Origin: Bacillota bacterium
GTDB taxonomy: Bacteria > Bacillota > Clostridia > Peptostreptococcales > Anaerovoracaceae
NCBI GenBank assembly: GCA_029219125.1
Contig: JAQXSU010000136.1
Location: forward strand, 1 to 38,685
DNA length: 38,685 bases
Direction: 5' to 3'
In this document: positions 8,120 through 16,130 of the stretch, piece by piece
How the letters are laid out: each line of letters begins with the position of its first letter
Numbering within the stretch: the first letter of the stretch is position 1
Position numbers and translations under genes: made by a program
The notes under the pieces: generated by a model
Seen by the model: the letters and a program-made list of their open reading frames with translations, nothing else
Database searches by the model: none
What the model was told of the DNA's origin: nothing

Positions 8120-10768
8120 TTATTGTTCCTGCAGCATGTCCTGCGGACGGAAGGTAAGGTGTTTTTCCTCTCCTTCTCCTTCGGTTTCGATGATGACTCT
8201 GCCGCCATCCATCAGCTCGCCGCGGATAATCATGGATGCGATCTCCGTTTCCACATACTTCTGCAGATACCGTTTCACCGGACGTGCGCCGTACTGCGGA
8301 TCGTAGGCTTCTCCGGCGATGAATGTCTTCGCTTCCTCGGTCAATACCAGACCCATGTTCCGGTCTGCCAGCCGTTTTTCCAGAGAAGCAAGGGACAGCT
8401 CGATGATCCGGCTTACCTGCTGCAGCGTCAGTGCGCTGAAAACGATGATATCGTCGATTCGGTTGAGGAATTCCGGACGGAAGTAGTTCTTCAGTTCTCC
8501 CGTCACCTGTTCCTTCACATCCTCCGGAATGGTTCCGTCTTCGGTCATGTGATCGATCAGATAGCTGCTTCCGATGTTGGAGGTCATGATCACGATGGTG
8601 TTCTTGAAGTCCACCGTTCTGCCCTGGTTGTCGGTCCGACGGCCGTCATCCAGCAGCTGCAGCAGAATATTGAACACATCCGGATGCGCCTTTTCGATCT
8701 CATCGAACAGGATCACACTGTACGGTTTCCGGCGGACGGCTTCGGTCAGCTGACCGCCTTCATCATATCCCACATATCCCGGAGGCGCTCCCACCAGTCT
8801 GGAGACGGAGTGCTTCTCCATATATTCGGACATATCGATACGGATGATATTTTTTTCGGTATCAAACAGAGCTTCCGACAGTGCCTTTGCCAGCTCCGTC
8901 TTGCCCACACCGGTCGGCCCCAGGAAGATAAAGGAACCGATCGGACGGTTTTCATCCTTCAGACCGGCACGGGCTCTGAGGATCGCCTCCGAAACTGCGG
9001 TGACACCTTCATCCTGGCCGATGACTCTCTGATGGAGAATCTCCGGCAGGCGCAGCAGTTTGTCACGCTCGGTTTCCACCAGCTTGGCTACAGGAATTCC
9101 AGTCCATCCGGATACCACTTCTGCGATTTCTTCTTCGGTGACTTCCTCCTTCAGCAGGCGTTCGCCGGTACCTTCACCGCCCTGACCGGCCGCACCGCTG
9201 CCGGAAGCCTTCGCCTTCTCCTCTTCCAGCTTCTTTTCCAGTTCCGGAAGCGTTCCGTATTTCAGCTGGGCCAGCTTTTCCAGATCGTATTTCCGTTCCG
9301 CTTCTTCCATCTGATGCTTGACTTCCTCGATCTGCTGCTTGGTAGCCTTGACCTCGGCGATACCCTTCTTTTCATTTTCCCACTGGGCACGCATGGAAGC
9401 ATTTTCTTCCTTCAGGGCGGCCAGTTCCTTCTCCAGCGCTTCCAGACGAACGGCAGATGCCTTGTCGGTTTCCTTACCCAGAGCCTGTTTTTCAATTTCC
9501 AGCTGCATGATCTTCCGGCTGATCTCATCCAGTTCCGCCGGCATGCTGTCGATTTCCGTACGGATCCTTGCCGCCGCTTCATCCATCAGGTCGATGGCCT
9601 TATCCGGCAGGAACCGGTCCGTAATGTAACGATCCGACAGGGTCGCACAGGCGATCAGCGCACCATCGGTGATTCTGACGCCGTGATGGATTTCAAAGCG
9701 TTCCTTCAGACCACGGAGAATGGAAACGGTATCCTCCACCGTCGGCTGATCCACCAGAACCTTCTGGAACCGCCGTTCCAGTGCTGCATCCTTTTCGATA
9801 TATTTCCGGTATTCATCCAGTGTGGTGGCACCGATGCAGTGCAGCTCCCCTCTGGCCAGCTTCGGCTTCAGCAGGTTGCCTGCATCCATGGAGCCTTCCG
9901 TACGTCCGGCACCGACGATGTTATGGATCTCATCGATGAATAAAATGATCCGGCCCTCGGATTTTTCCACTTCATTGAGCACCGCTTTCAGACGTTCCTC
10001 AAACTCGCCCCGGAATTTGGCGCCGGCAATCAGTGCACCCATATCCAGAGCGAAAATTGTTTTGTCTTTCAGTCCTTCCGGCACATCGCCATTGAGAATT
10101 CTCTGTGCCAGTCCTTCCACCACGGCTGTTTTACCAACGCCTGGCTCACCGATGAGCACCGGATTGTTTTTGGTTCTTCTGCTCAAAATCTGGATGGCGT
10201 GACGGATCTCTGCGTCACGGCCGATGACCGGGTCCAGCTTTCCCTCTCTGGCCATTTCCACCAGATCCCGGCCATACTTGTTCAGTGCATCATAGTTATC
10301 CTCCGGATTCTGGCTGGTGACACGCTGGTTTCCTCTGACCTTGGACAGAGCTTCCAGAAATGCATTGGATGTGATTCTGTATTTGGAAAAGATCTTCGCA
10401 CTGGGCGTTCCCCTCTCGTCCAGCAGTGCCAGATACAGATGTTCCACGCTGACATATTCATCCTTAAACTGTTCTGCCTTCTTTTCCGCATTCAGCAAAA
10501 GCTGGTTCAGGCGGCGGGACGCATACATGTTGTCTGCCGAACCGGATACCTTCGGAAGTTTTTCCAGTTCTTCCTCCAGATCGCCGACCATGGCAGAAAC
10601 ATTCACGTTCATGTAGGTCAGCAGTTTGCCGATGAGCCCGTCCTGCTGCTGCAGCAGAGCCATGTGCAGATGCTCACATTCCAGAACCTGATGTCCTTCG
10701 GAGATGGCGATGTTCTGGCTGTCCATGATCGCCTGCTGTGCATTCTGTGTGTATTTTTCTATATTCAT
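8120..10768 (-). CDS. clpB: ATP-dependent chaperone/disaggregase ClpB
   Basis: 882 aa. It has a Clp N-domain, two AAA+ modules ([15 protein letters not shown] and [14 protein letters not shown]) and a long coiled-coil middle domain between them. SD AGGGGTGA lies upstream. Confidence 0.95.
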   Translation of the reverse strand: MNIEKYTQNAQQAIMDSQNIAISEGHQVLECEHLHMALLQQQDGLIGKLLTYMNVNVSAMVGDLEEELEKLPKVSGSADNMYASRRLNQLLLNAEKKAEQFKDEYVSVEHLYLALLDERGTPSAKIFSKYRITSNAFLEALSKVRGNQRVTSQNPEDNYDALNKYGRDLVEMAREGKLDPVIGRDAEIRHAIQILSRRTKNNPVLIGEPGVGKTAVVEGLAQRILNGDVPEGLKDKTIFALDMGALIAGAKFRGEFEERLKAVLNEVEKSEGRIILFIDEIHNIVGAGRTEGSMDAGNLLKPKLARGELHCIGATTLDEYRKYIEKDAALERRFQKVLVDQPTVEDTVSILRGLKERFEIHHGVRITDGALIACATLSDRYITDRFLPDKAIDLMDEAAARIRTEIDSMPAELDEISRKIMQLEIEKQALGKETDKASAVRLEALEKELAALKEENASMRAQWENEKKGIAEVKATKQQIEEVKHQMEEAERKYDLEKLAQLKYGTLPELEKKLEEEKAKASGSGAAGQGGEGTGERLLKEEVTEEEIAEVVSGWTGIPVAKLVETERDKLLRLPEILHQRVIGQDEGVTAVSEAILRARAGLKDENRPIGSFIFLGPTGVGKTELAKALSEALFDTEKNIIRIDMSEYMEKHSVSRLVGAPPGYVGYDEGGQLTEAVRRKPYSVILFDEIEKAHPDVFNILLQLLDDGRRTDNQGRTVDFKNTIVIMTSNIGSSYLIDHMTEDGTIPEDVKEQVTGELKNYFRPEFLNRIDDIIVFSALTLQQVSRIIELSLASLEKRLADRNMGLVLTEEAKTFIAGEAYDPQYGARPVKRYLQKYVETEIASMIIRGELMDGGRVIIETEGEGEEKHLTFRPQDMLQEQ

Positions 10769-10853
10769 AAAATCACCCCTTCTCTGATTCCATGTTTACT
10801 TTTTCCTTACAAGGACTATCATATACCTTCTTCTGCAAAAAGTAAAGCGAATT

Positions 10854-10880
10854 TTAGCACTCTTTTCATTAGAGTGCTGA
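10854..10880. promoter_or_regulatory. CIRCE element (HrcA operator) upstream of clpB
   Basis: TTAGCACTC-TTTTCATTA-GAGTGCTGA matches the consensus TTAGCACTC-N9-GAGTGCTAA at 17 of 18 positions. It lies 86 nt upstream of the clpB ATG. A possible promoter, TTTACT-17-TATGAT (10846..10818, minus), sits just downstream of it. Confidence 0.8.
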
Positions 10881-10917
10881 TAATTTATCATCCCGACACA
10901 TTTTTCACAGAAATGAC

Positions 10918-10958
10918 AAAAAAACACCGGACATCTGCATGACGCGAAACATCCGGCG
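10918..10958 (-). terminator. Putative terminator after tRNA-Val
   Basis: The minus-strand RNA reads CGCCGGAUGU-loop-AUGUCCGGUG (10 bp including G-U pairs), followed by UUUUUUU. Confidence 0.45.
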
Positions 10959-10966
10959 TTCCAATA

Positions 10967-11042
10967 TGGTGGTCTGTAACGGGCTCGAACCGCTGACATT
11001 CTGGTTGTGACCCAGACGCTCTCCCAGCTGAGCTAACAGACC
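10967..11042 (-). tRNA. tRNA-Val (anticodon CAC)
   Basis: The reverse complement folds by hand into a 76-nt cloverleaf: GGTCTGT TA GCTC AGCTGGGA GAGC G TCTGG GTCACAA CCAGA ATGTC AGCGG TTCGAGC CCGTT ACAGACC A CCA. T33 and A37 flank the anticodon CAC, the T-loop is GTTCGAGCC and the CCA end is encoded. Confidence 0.9.
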
Positions 11043-11077
11043 ATATGGAATTCGTTCATATTTTATGAACAAAAAAT

Positions 11078-11106
11078 AGTATAGACCCCCCTGAGGAAAA
11101 AATCAA
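11078..11106 (-). promoter_or_regulatory. Putative sigma-A promoter for tRNA-Val
   Basis: On the minus strand TTGATT (11106-11101), a 17-nt spacer, then TATACT (11083-11078). It overlaps a CCCCCUUGA/UCAGGGGGG hairpin that may terminate the upstream AlkD-like gene. Confidence 0.4.
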
Positions 11107-11121
11107 GGGGGTTTTAAAAAA

Positions 11122-11847
11122 TTATTTCACTTTCAGTCCCTTCAGATACGTCTTCTGTTCCGGCGTAATCCGGTAGCTTTCCACCGCCTTCTGAATCGCC
11201 TTATTATGGGTCCAGGTATCCATCCGCTGATTTTCGATATACGGCAGGACTGCATCATACTGCTTGGCAAGGGCCGTGGCGAAATACCAGGCCGACGCCA
11301 TGTTCACATAATATGCTTCTGAACGAACTGCAGCCACCATATCCGCATATCTGGTTTCAAAGGCATCATCCAGATAGAAATCCATCAGCATCCGGATTCC
11401 GAAACGGATGGTGTAGGTGTGATCCGATGCCAGCCACCTTTCGATATATGGCAGCAGTTCCTCCAGGTGCTTCGAAAAGACCTTCGGACGGATCAGGTCG
11501 CAGGTGGCCCAGTTATCCACATAAGGAAGAAAGGCTTCGATCGCCCCGACACACTGTTGGAAATCTTTTCGCCCGGCGATGAGAAAACCGTGAACGTTAT
11601 TTTCGTCGTAGTATGTATGGGGCAGACTGTGAAGAAATTCTTCTGCCAGATCCGGCTGCTGTTTCATGATGTCAGCTGCCAGCTTCCGCAGCTGCGGCGT
11701 CCGCACACCGATGACCCGGTCCGGATCCACGCCGGGCATGAGCCCACAATGAAATTTCTTATATTCTTCGTCTTTCAGATCCATCAGCCGCTTTTGGATC
11801 TCCGTTTCTGCATGATTCAAATTAACACCCCCGCATGTTACATTCAA
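11122..11847 (-). CDS. DNA alkylation repair protein (AlkD-like HEAT-repeat family)
   Basis: TEIQKRLMDLKDEEYKKFHCGLMPGVDPDRVIGVRTPQLRKLA and DNWATCD are typical of the AlkC/AlkD-like family. The true start may be the TTG at 11820, which is preceded by GGGGGTG, rather than the ATG at 11847. Confidence 0.75.
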   Translation of the reverse strand: MNVTCGGVNLNHAETEIQKRLMDLKDEEYKKFHCGLMPGVDPDRVIGVRTPQLRKLAADIMKQQPDLAEEFLHSLPHTYYDENNVHGFLIAGRKDFQQCVGAIEAFLPYVDNWATCDLIRPKVFSKHLEELLPYIERWLASDHTYTIRFGIRMLMDFYLDDAFETRYADMVAAVRSEAYYVNMASAWYFATALAKQYDAVLPYIENQRMDTWTHNKAIQKAVESYRITPEQKTYLKGLKVK

Positions 11848-11858
11848 GAAATGTCCCG

Positions 11859-12569
11859 TTAAAACAGCAGCAGATTGTAAAAGAATCCGCTCACCGGACC
11901 GATGATCCTATCGGTCACATTGAAAATGATCAGGATCATCAAAATCGGGAAACCGTTCTGATACAGTTTCCAGTACCAGTCGTACTTCTGCAGATCAAAG
12001 ATCTGAGTCAGAATGCCGAAGCCGTCCAGCGGCGGTACCGGCAGCAGGTTGAAAACCATAAGCACGATGTTGATTCCGAAGACATAAACAAGAATATCCA
12101 GCAGCACACCGCCGATTCCTGCATAGAAGCTTTCTGTCATATTGTACAGCAGGCCCTTGATGATGAAGGAAGCAATCAGTGCCAGAAGAAAGTTTGTGGT
12201 TACGCCGGCGATGGATACCAGAAACTCATCCCTTCTTCTGTGCTTGTAATAGTTCGGGTTGATCTGCACCGGCTCGCCCCAGCCAAAGCCGGCGATGAGC
12301 AGTGCCACAAACCCCACCGGATCGATGTGATGCACCGGATTCAGCGAAAGCCTTCCCTGAATCTTCGGCGTAGGATCGCCCAGCCAGTAGGATACATAGC
12401 CATGGGCCGCTTCATGGAACGTAAGTGCTATAATGATGCCAGGCAGGCTGACCAGCGTGTCATAAACCCAGTCCGACAGGCTTTCTCCGGAGCTCAGCAG
12501 CCGGTTCACCACCAGAACCACCAGAATGATCAGAATTGCCGGGTTCACATTTCGAAACATTTTTTTCAT
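11859..12569 (-). CDS. Site-2 protease family (M50) membrane metalloprotease
   Basis: HExxH motif (FHEAAHGYV), LSLNPVHHIDPVGF and NLLPVPPLDG, in a polytopic protein. The track start at 12623 is GTG. I prefer the ATG at 12569 (MKKMFRNV...). Confidence 0.8.
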   Translation of the reverse strand: MKKMFRNVNPAILIILVVLVVNRLLSSGESLSDWVYDTLVSLPGIIIALTFHEAAHGYVSYWLGDPTPKIQGRLSLNPVHHIDPVGFVALLIAGFGWGEPVQINPNYYKHRRRDEFLVSIAGVTTNFLLALIASFIIKGLLYNMTESFYAGIGGVLLDILVYVFGINIVLMVFNLLPVPPLDGFGILTQIFDLQKYDWYWKLYQNGFPILMILIIFNVTDRIIGPVSGFFYNLLLF

Positions 12570-12663
12570 AATCTTATTGTTACCCCTCTTCGTTTTTTCA
12601 GTAATGTTATGATATTTTATCACATTTCTGCCGGATTTGAAATATATATAAGGTAAAAGACTT

Positions 12664-12693
12664 CTGACAATTTGTCCGATCTGACAGATTGTC
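12664..12693. repeat. Tandem 13-nt direct repeat with internal dyad symmetry upstream of the LysM gene
   Basis: CTGACAATTTGTC (12664-12676) and CTGACAGATTGTC (12681-12693), 11 of 13 identical with a 17-nt period. Each contains GACA..TGTC symmetry. The second copy ends 21 nt before the ATG at 12715. Confidence 0.4.
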
Positions 12694-12714
12694 TCGATAG
12701 AAAGGTGGTTTTTT

Positions 12715-13062
12715 ATGGATACATCCCTGGTTTGTATTGATGTTTACACCGTAGCGGAAGGTGATACTCTGTACGCCATTGCAGATCGGTATGATCTTCC
12801 TGTCAGTCTTCTGATGAAAGTCAACTGTATCGACAACCCATACAATCTGCAGATCGGTACGCGGCTCTGCATTCCCGGTACAGAAGATCAGCTTCCGAAG
12901 CCGCCGGGCTCCTGTACCAGGACCCATACCGTCAGCCCGGGAGATACGCTTTACTTAATTGCGAAGATGCACGGTATCAAGCTGGATGCCCTGATGCGTG
13001 CAAACCCTTCCATGGATCCTTACAATCTGCTGGTCGGTACCGAGCTCTGTATTCCCGACTAA
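12715..13062 (+). CDS. Small protein with two LysM peptidoglycan-binding domains and no signal peptide
   Basis: There are two LysM repeats: YTVAEGDTLYAIADRYDLPVSLLMKVNCIDNPYNLQIGTRLCIP and HTVSPGDTLYLIAKMHGIKLDALMRANPSMDPYNLLVGTELCIP. SD AAAGGTGG lies upstream. Confidence 0.85.
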   Translation: MDTSLVCIDVYTVAEGDTLYAIADRYDLPVSLLMKVNCIDNPYNLQIGTRLCIPGTEDQLPKPPGSCTRTHTVSPGDTLYLIAKMHGIKLDALMRANPSMDPYNLLVGTELCIPD

Positions 13063-13088
13063 AGGGACCTCACAATTCGAAACATGTG

Positions 13089-13118
13089 AAAAGGACTGAA
13101 AATTCCCAGTCCTTTTTC
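13089..13118 (+). terminator. Rho-independent terminator after the LysM gene
   Basis: AAAAGGACTG-loop-CAGTCCTTTT followed by T residues. Confidence 0.75.
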
Positions 13119-13180
13119 GCATGTTCCGTCTTTTTTTCGACCAAACCAGGTATTTTTCGACTCTTCCTGTGGGTTTTTCA

Positions 13181-13209
13181 TTGACGAGGACTTCCGAAAA
13201 GGATAAAAT
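13181..13209 (+). promoter_or_regulatory. Sigma-A type promoter for the aminotransferase/K+ channel genes
   Basis: TTGACG (13181-13186), a 17-nt spacer, then TAAAAT (13204-13209). Confidence 0.5.
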
Positions 13210-13244
13210 AATGAAATGTAGTAAATCATCAGGAGGTAAAACGA

Positions 13245-14411
13245 ATGCCGCAGTTATCAACCAGAACCAACAGTTTCACCGATTCCGTCATCCGCAGAAT
13301 GACAAGAATCGCGTTAAAATATGACTCCGTCAATCTCTCACAGGGATTTCCTGACTTCCAGCCGCCGCAGGCCCTTCTGGACCGTCTGGCAGAGGTCACC
13401 AAAGAAGATTTCAATCAGTATGCCATTACCTGGGGATCCCAGAATTTCCGAGAAGCCCTGGCAGAAAAGCAGTCCCGTTTCATGGGCCGTCCCATTGATC
13501 CCAACGGGGAAATTGTCGTCACCTGCGGCAGTACGGAAGCCATGATGGCAGCCATGATGACCGCAACCAATCCAGGAGACAAGGTGGTCATATTCTCGCC
13601 TTTCTATGAGAACTATGGTGCCGATACGATTCTGTCCGGCGCAGAGCCGATTTACGTACCCCTGTATCCGCCGGAATTTAATTTCAATGTAGACGAGCTG
13701 GAAGCCGCATTTCAGCAGCATCCGAAGGCACTGATTCTCTGTAATCCATCCAATCCGTGCGGAAAGGTCTTTACCCGGGACGAGCTGATGATCATCGCAG
13801 ATCTGGCTGAGAAGTATGATACCTTCGTCATCACTGATGAGGTGTATGAACATATTGTGTACGAACCTTATGAGCATGTGTATTTCGCATCCCTTCCGGG
13901 GATGTGGGAAAGAACCATTTCCTGCAGTTCCCTCTCCAAAACATATTCCATTACAGGATGGAGACTTGGCTACATCATTGCACCGCCGCACATCATAGAG
14001 GCCGCCAAGAAAGTCCACGACTTTCTCACCGTAGGTGCTGCAGCGCCGCTGCAGGAGGCGGCCGTGGTGGGTCTGCGATTCGGTGACGAATACTATCAGG
14101 ATCTGCGGGAAAAATACACCCACAAACGGGAACTGTTCCTGCGCGGCCTGGATGATCTGAAAATCGTCCATACGAACCCGCAGGGTGCATATTATGTCCT
14201 TCTGGACGTATCTGAATTTGGTTATGACAGTGATCTGGAGTTTTGTGAAGTCATGACCCGGGATGTGGGTGTGGCTGCTGTGCCGGGCTCCAGCTTTTTC
14301 CGGGAGGACGTGAACCACCTGGTGCGCCTCCATTTTGCGAAAAAAGACGAGACTCTGAACGAAGCCCTCAACCGGCTGGCGGATCTTCGAAAAAAAATAC
14401 TGCCGAGATGA
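13245..14411 (+). CDS. Class I/II PLP-dependent aminotransferase (YbdL/MtnE/kynurenine aminotransferase-like)
   Basis: 388 aa. Motifs NLSQGFPDF, NPSNPCGKVF and SLSKTYSITGWRLGY (PLP lysine). SD AGGAGG lies upstream. Confidence 0.85.
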   Translation: MPQLSTRTNSFTDSVIRRMTRIALKYDSVNLSQGFPDFQPPQALLDRLAEVTKEDFNQYAITWGSQNFREALAEKQSRFMGRPIDPNGEIVVTCGSTEAMMAAMMTATNPGDKVVIFSPFYENYGADTILSGAEPIYVPLYPPEFNFNVDELEAAFQQHPKALILCNPSNPCGKVFTRDELMIIADLAEKYDTFVITDEVYEHIVYEPYEHVYFASLPGMWERTISCSSLSKTYSITGWRLGYIIAPPHIIEAAKKVHDFLTVGAAAPLQEAAVVGLRFGDEYYQDLREKYTHKRELFLRGLDDLKIVHTNPQGAYYVLLDVSEFGYDSDLEFCEVMTRDVGVAAVPGSSFFREDVNHLVRLHFAKKDETLNEALNRLADLRKKILPR

Positions 14412-14440
14412 AGATGAAACATGAAACATGAGGTAAGAGC

Positions 14441-15304
14441 ATGAAACGAAAGCGTATTTATACCATCATTCAGGTCGGAAACCTGTCGGACATTCCAAGC
14501 CGCGCTTACGACTATGCCCTGATGGCCGCTGTACTGATCAATATTTTCATCGCAATTTTTGATACCTTTCCGGAGTCTCTTCCGTATAAAAGTATCATGC
14601 ATATCACAGAAACACTGACAGTACTGTACTTTACGGTGGATTACGTGCTCCGGATCTGGACTGCAGACCTGTATTATGAAAGCCTTGACATCCGCCTTCC
14701 AGCGTCAAAGGCACGAATCCGCTTCGTGTTCTCCTGGGTAGGTCTGGTGGATTTTCTGTCCTGCATTCCGTTTTTCCTGCCCATGGGCGGCAGCGTACTG
14801 CGGCTCTTTCGTATCGTGCGGATTCTCCGGGTATTCCGGATTCATCACTATGCGGATCCGCTCCATGTCATCGGTGATGTCATCAATAAGAAAAAAGGCC
14901 AGCTCCTTTCTTCTTCCTTCATCGTGCTGATCCTTATGGTCGCCGCTTCGCTGCTGATGTACAGTCTGGAGCACGAAGCCCAGCCGGAAGCCTTTGCCAA
15001 TGCGTTTTCCGGCTTCTGGTGGGCCGCCAATACCCTGCTCACCGTCGGATATGGCGATGTGGTTCCGGTAACTCTGGCAGGTAAGATCTGCGGCACTGTT
15101 CTCACATTTCTCGGCGTCGGCATGGTGGCTATCCCGACCGGTATTTTATCCGCCGGCTTCATGGAGCAGGTTTCCAGTCTCCGTCAGCAGCCGCAGAGTG
15201 CTGCAGTTTCACATGCCGCGGCGCCTTTACAGCCAGCGGAATCCTCACAGCCGGACGATCCATTCGAATACTGTCCGTACTGCGGTCACCGGCTGCCAAA
15301 GTAA
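14441..15304 (+). CDS. Voltage-sensor-containing (Kv-like, 6TM) potassium channel
   Basis: K+ selectivity filter TLLTVGYGD. S4-like helix RLFRIVRILRVFRI with Arg at every third position. The C-terminal tail ends in CPYCGHRLPK. Confidence 0.8.
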   Translation: MKRKRIYTIIQVGNLSDIPSRAYDYALMAAVLINIFIAIFDTFPESLPYKSIMHITETLTVLYFTVDYVLRIWTADLYYESLDIRLPASKARIRFVFSWVGLVDFLSCIPFFLPMGGSVLRLFRIVRILRVFRIHHYADPLHVIGDVINKKKGQLLSSSFIVLILMVAASLLMYSLEHEAQPEAFANAFSGFWWAANTLLTVGYGDVVPVTLAGKICGTVLTFLGVGMVAIPTGILSAGFMEQVSSLRQQPQSAAVSHAAAPLQPAESSQPDDPFEYCPYCGHRLPK

Positions 15305-15317
15305 AAGAAAACAGCGG

Positions 15318-15355
15318 AAAAAAAGAACCGTCTCTCAGAGGCGGTTCAGTTTTTA
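15318..15355. terminator. Bidirectional terminator between the convergent K+ channel and gatD-like genes
   Basis: A-run, GAACCGTCTC-tca-GAGGCGGTTC (10 bp with one G-T pair), then AGTTTTT. Confidence 0.7.
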
Positions 15356-15358
15356 GAA

Positions 15359-16129
15359 TTATTTACAATTGCGCAGCCTGGTGACCTTACGGTCCGTGAA
15401 CACTGTCTTGGTTTCCAGAGATTTTTTCTCCAGAGAGACATCGAAATCAAATTCCTCAATCTCAACTCCAATATTACATAAACATTTTACCACAATTTTT
15501 TTCGTCAGCCAAGGGTTTAAAACAAAAATTGGACCTAAAGTATTGGTAAAAATCGAATTATTTTTCACGGAACCTTCTTTTCGGTCTTCGCCGCTGTTTC
15601 CGAAGCCATATTTCAGCGTGCCAAACGGCATTTCCCTGCTGTCTACACCCATCATCTGGATCTGAGAACCGAAAATCTCCATGGTTTCGCCTTCTTCGCA
15701 GCCGTAACCCGTCTCGAAATACAGATCATCTCCGTAAACCAGCTTCCGTTCCTTAAAATCACAATCGATCAGTCCCAGACCGGTGATTTCCGTTCCATCT
15801 TCCCGGATTGTACGTCCCCCGAAGATGCACTGGCTCGTCCCTGTCACCAACAGAACCCTGCCTTCTGCAATATAGGTTTCCAGTTTCTCTCTGTATGGCT
15901 GAAGCCACTCAATCAAAACAGGAAACGATGCGATTTCTCCCGGCGGGCAGAAAATAAAATCATATTCCATCGGATCAAAGCCTTCCGTATCAAGGTCGAT
16001 CCTGTCCACTTCCACTTCTGCGCCCGCAAATCCTGCGATCCGCTGAAATGCCAGAATATTTCCACGCTCACCGTGGAGATAGAGTATATCCGGGAAAAGC
16101 CATGCCGCTTTCAGTTTCTTTTTTTCCAT
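15359..16129 (-). CDS. GatD-like CobB/CobQ-type glutamine amidotransferase domain protein; catalytic Cys/His apparently absent
   Basis: Its position 1 nt after the murT-like stop and its overall similarity match GatD (LYLHGERGNILAF, DGTEITGLGLID, GFGNSGEDRKEG). However, the expected CGG(Y/F)Q reads TGTSQ, the expected LHGP reads TLGP, and the only His in the protein is H19. Confidence 0.65.
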   Translation of the reverse strand: MEKKKLKAAWLFPDILYLHGERGNILAFQRIAGFAGAEVEVDRIDLDTEGFDPMEYDFIFCPPGEIASFPVLIEWLQPYREKLETYIAEGRVLLVTGTSQCIFGGRTIREDGTEITGLGLIDCDFKERKLVYGDDLYFETGYGCEEGETMEIFGSQIQMMGVDSREMPFGTLKYGFGNSGEDRKEGSVKNNSIFTNTLGPIFVLNPWLTKKIVVKCLCNIGVEIEEFDFDVSLEKKSLETKTVFTDRKVTRLRNCK

Positions 16130-16130
16130 C

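Noticed and set aside
8024-9943. 639-aa plus-strand ORF, plus further long ORFs at 10199..10942, 20554..21729, 22769..23842, 13338..14429, 34304..35179, 25169..25984, 5255..5899 and 54..929
   Set aside because: Each lies antisense to a gene with unmistakable family motifs (clpB, Na/Pi symporter, miaB, aminotransferase, plsX, dehydratase, cysK, uvrA-like). Their translations are low-complexity and rich in Arg, His, Gln and Leu with no motifs. They are shadow ORFs produced by the codon bias of the true genes.
13063-13244. Possible T-box or riboswitch leader before the aminotransferase, and similarly before cysK
   Set aside because: After subtracting the LysM terminator and the TTGACG-17-TAAAAT promoter, only about 35 nt of leader remain. 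cysK has no leader at all because it overlaps nth.
12607-13260. Minus-strand ORFs 12607..12927 and 12955..13260
   Set aside because: They lie antisense to the well-supported double-LysM gene and its terminator region. They have no SD and no recognisable motifs.
14412-14440. Short tandem ATGAAAC-ATGAAAC-ATGA repeat between the aminotransferase and the K+ channel
   Set aside because: There are only two and a half copies inside a 29-nt spacer that also carries the SD. This is too short to interpret as more than chance.
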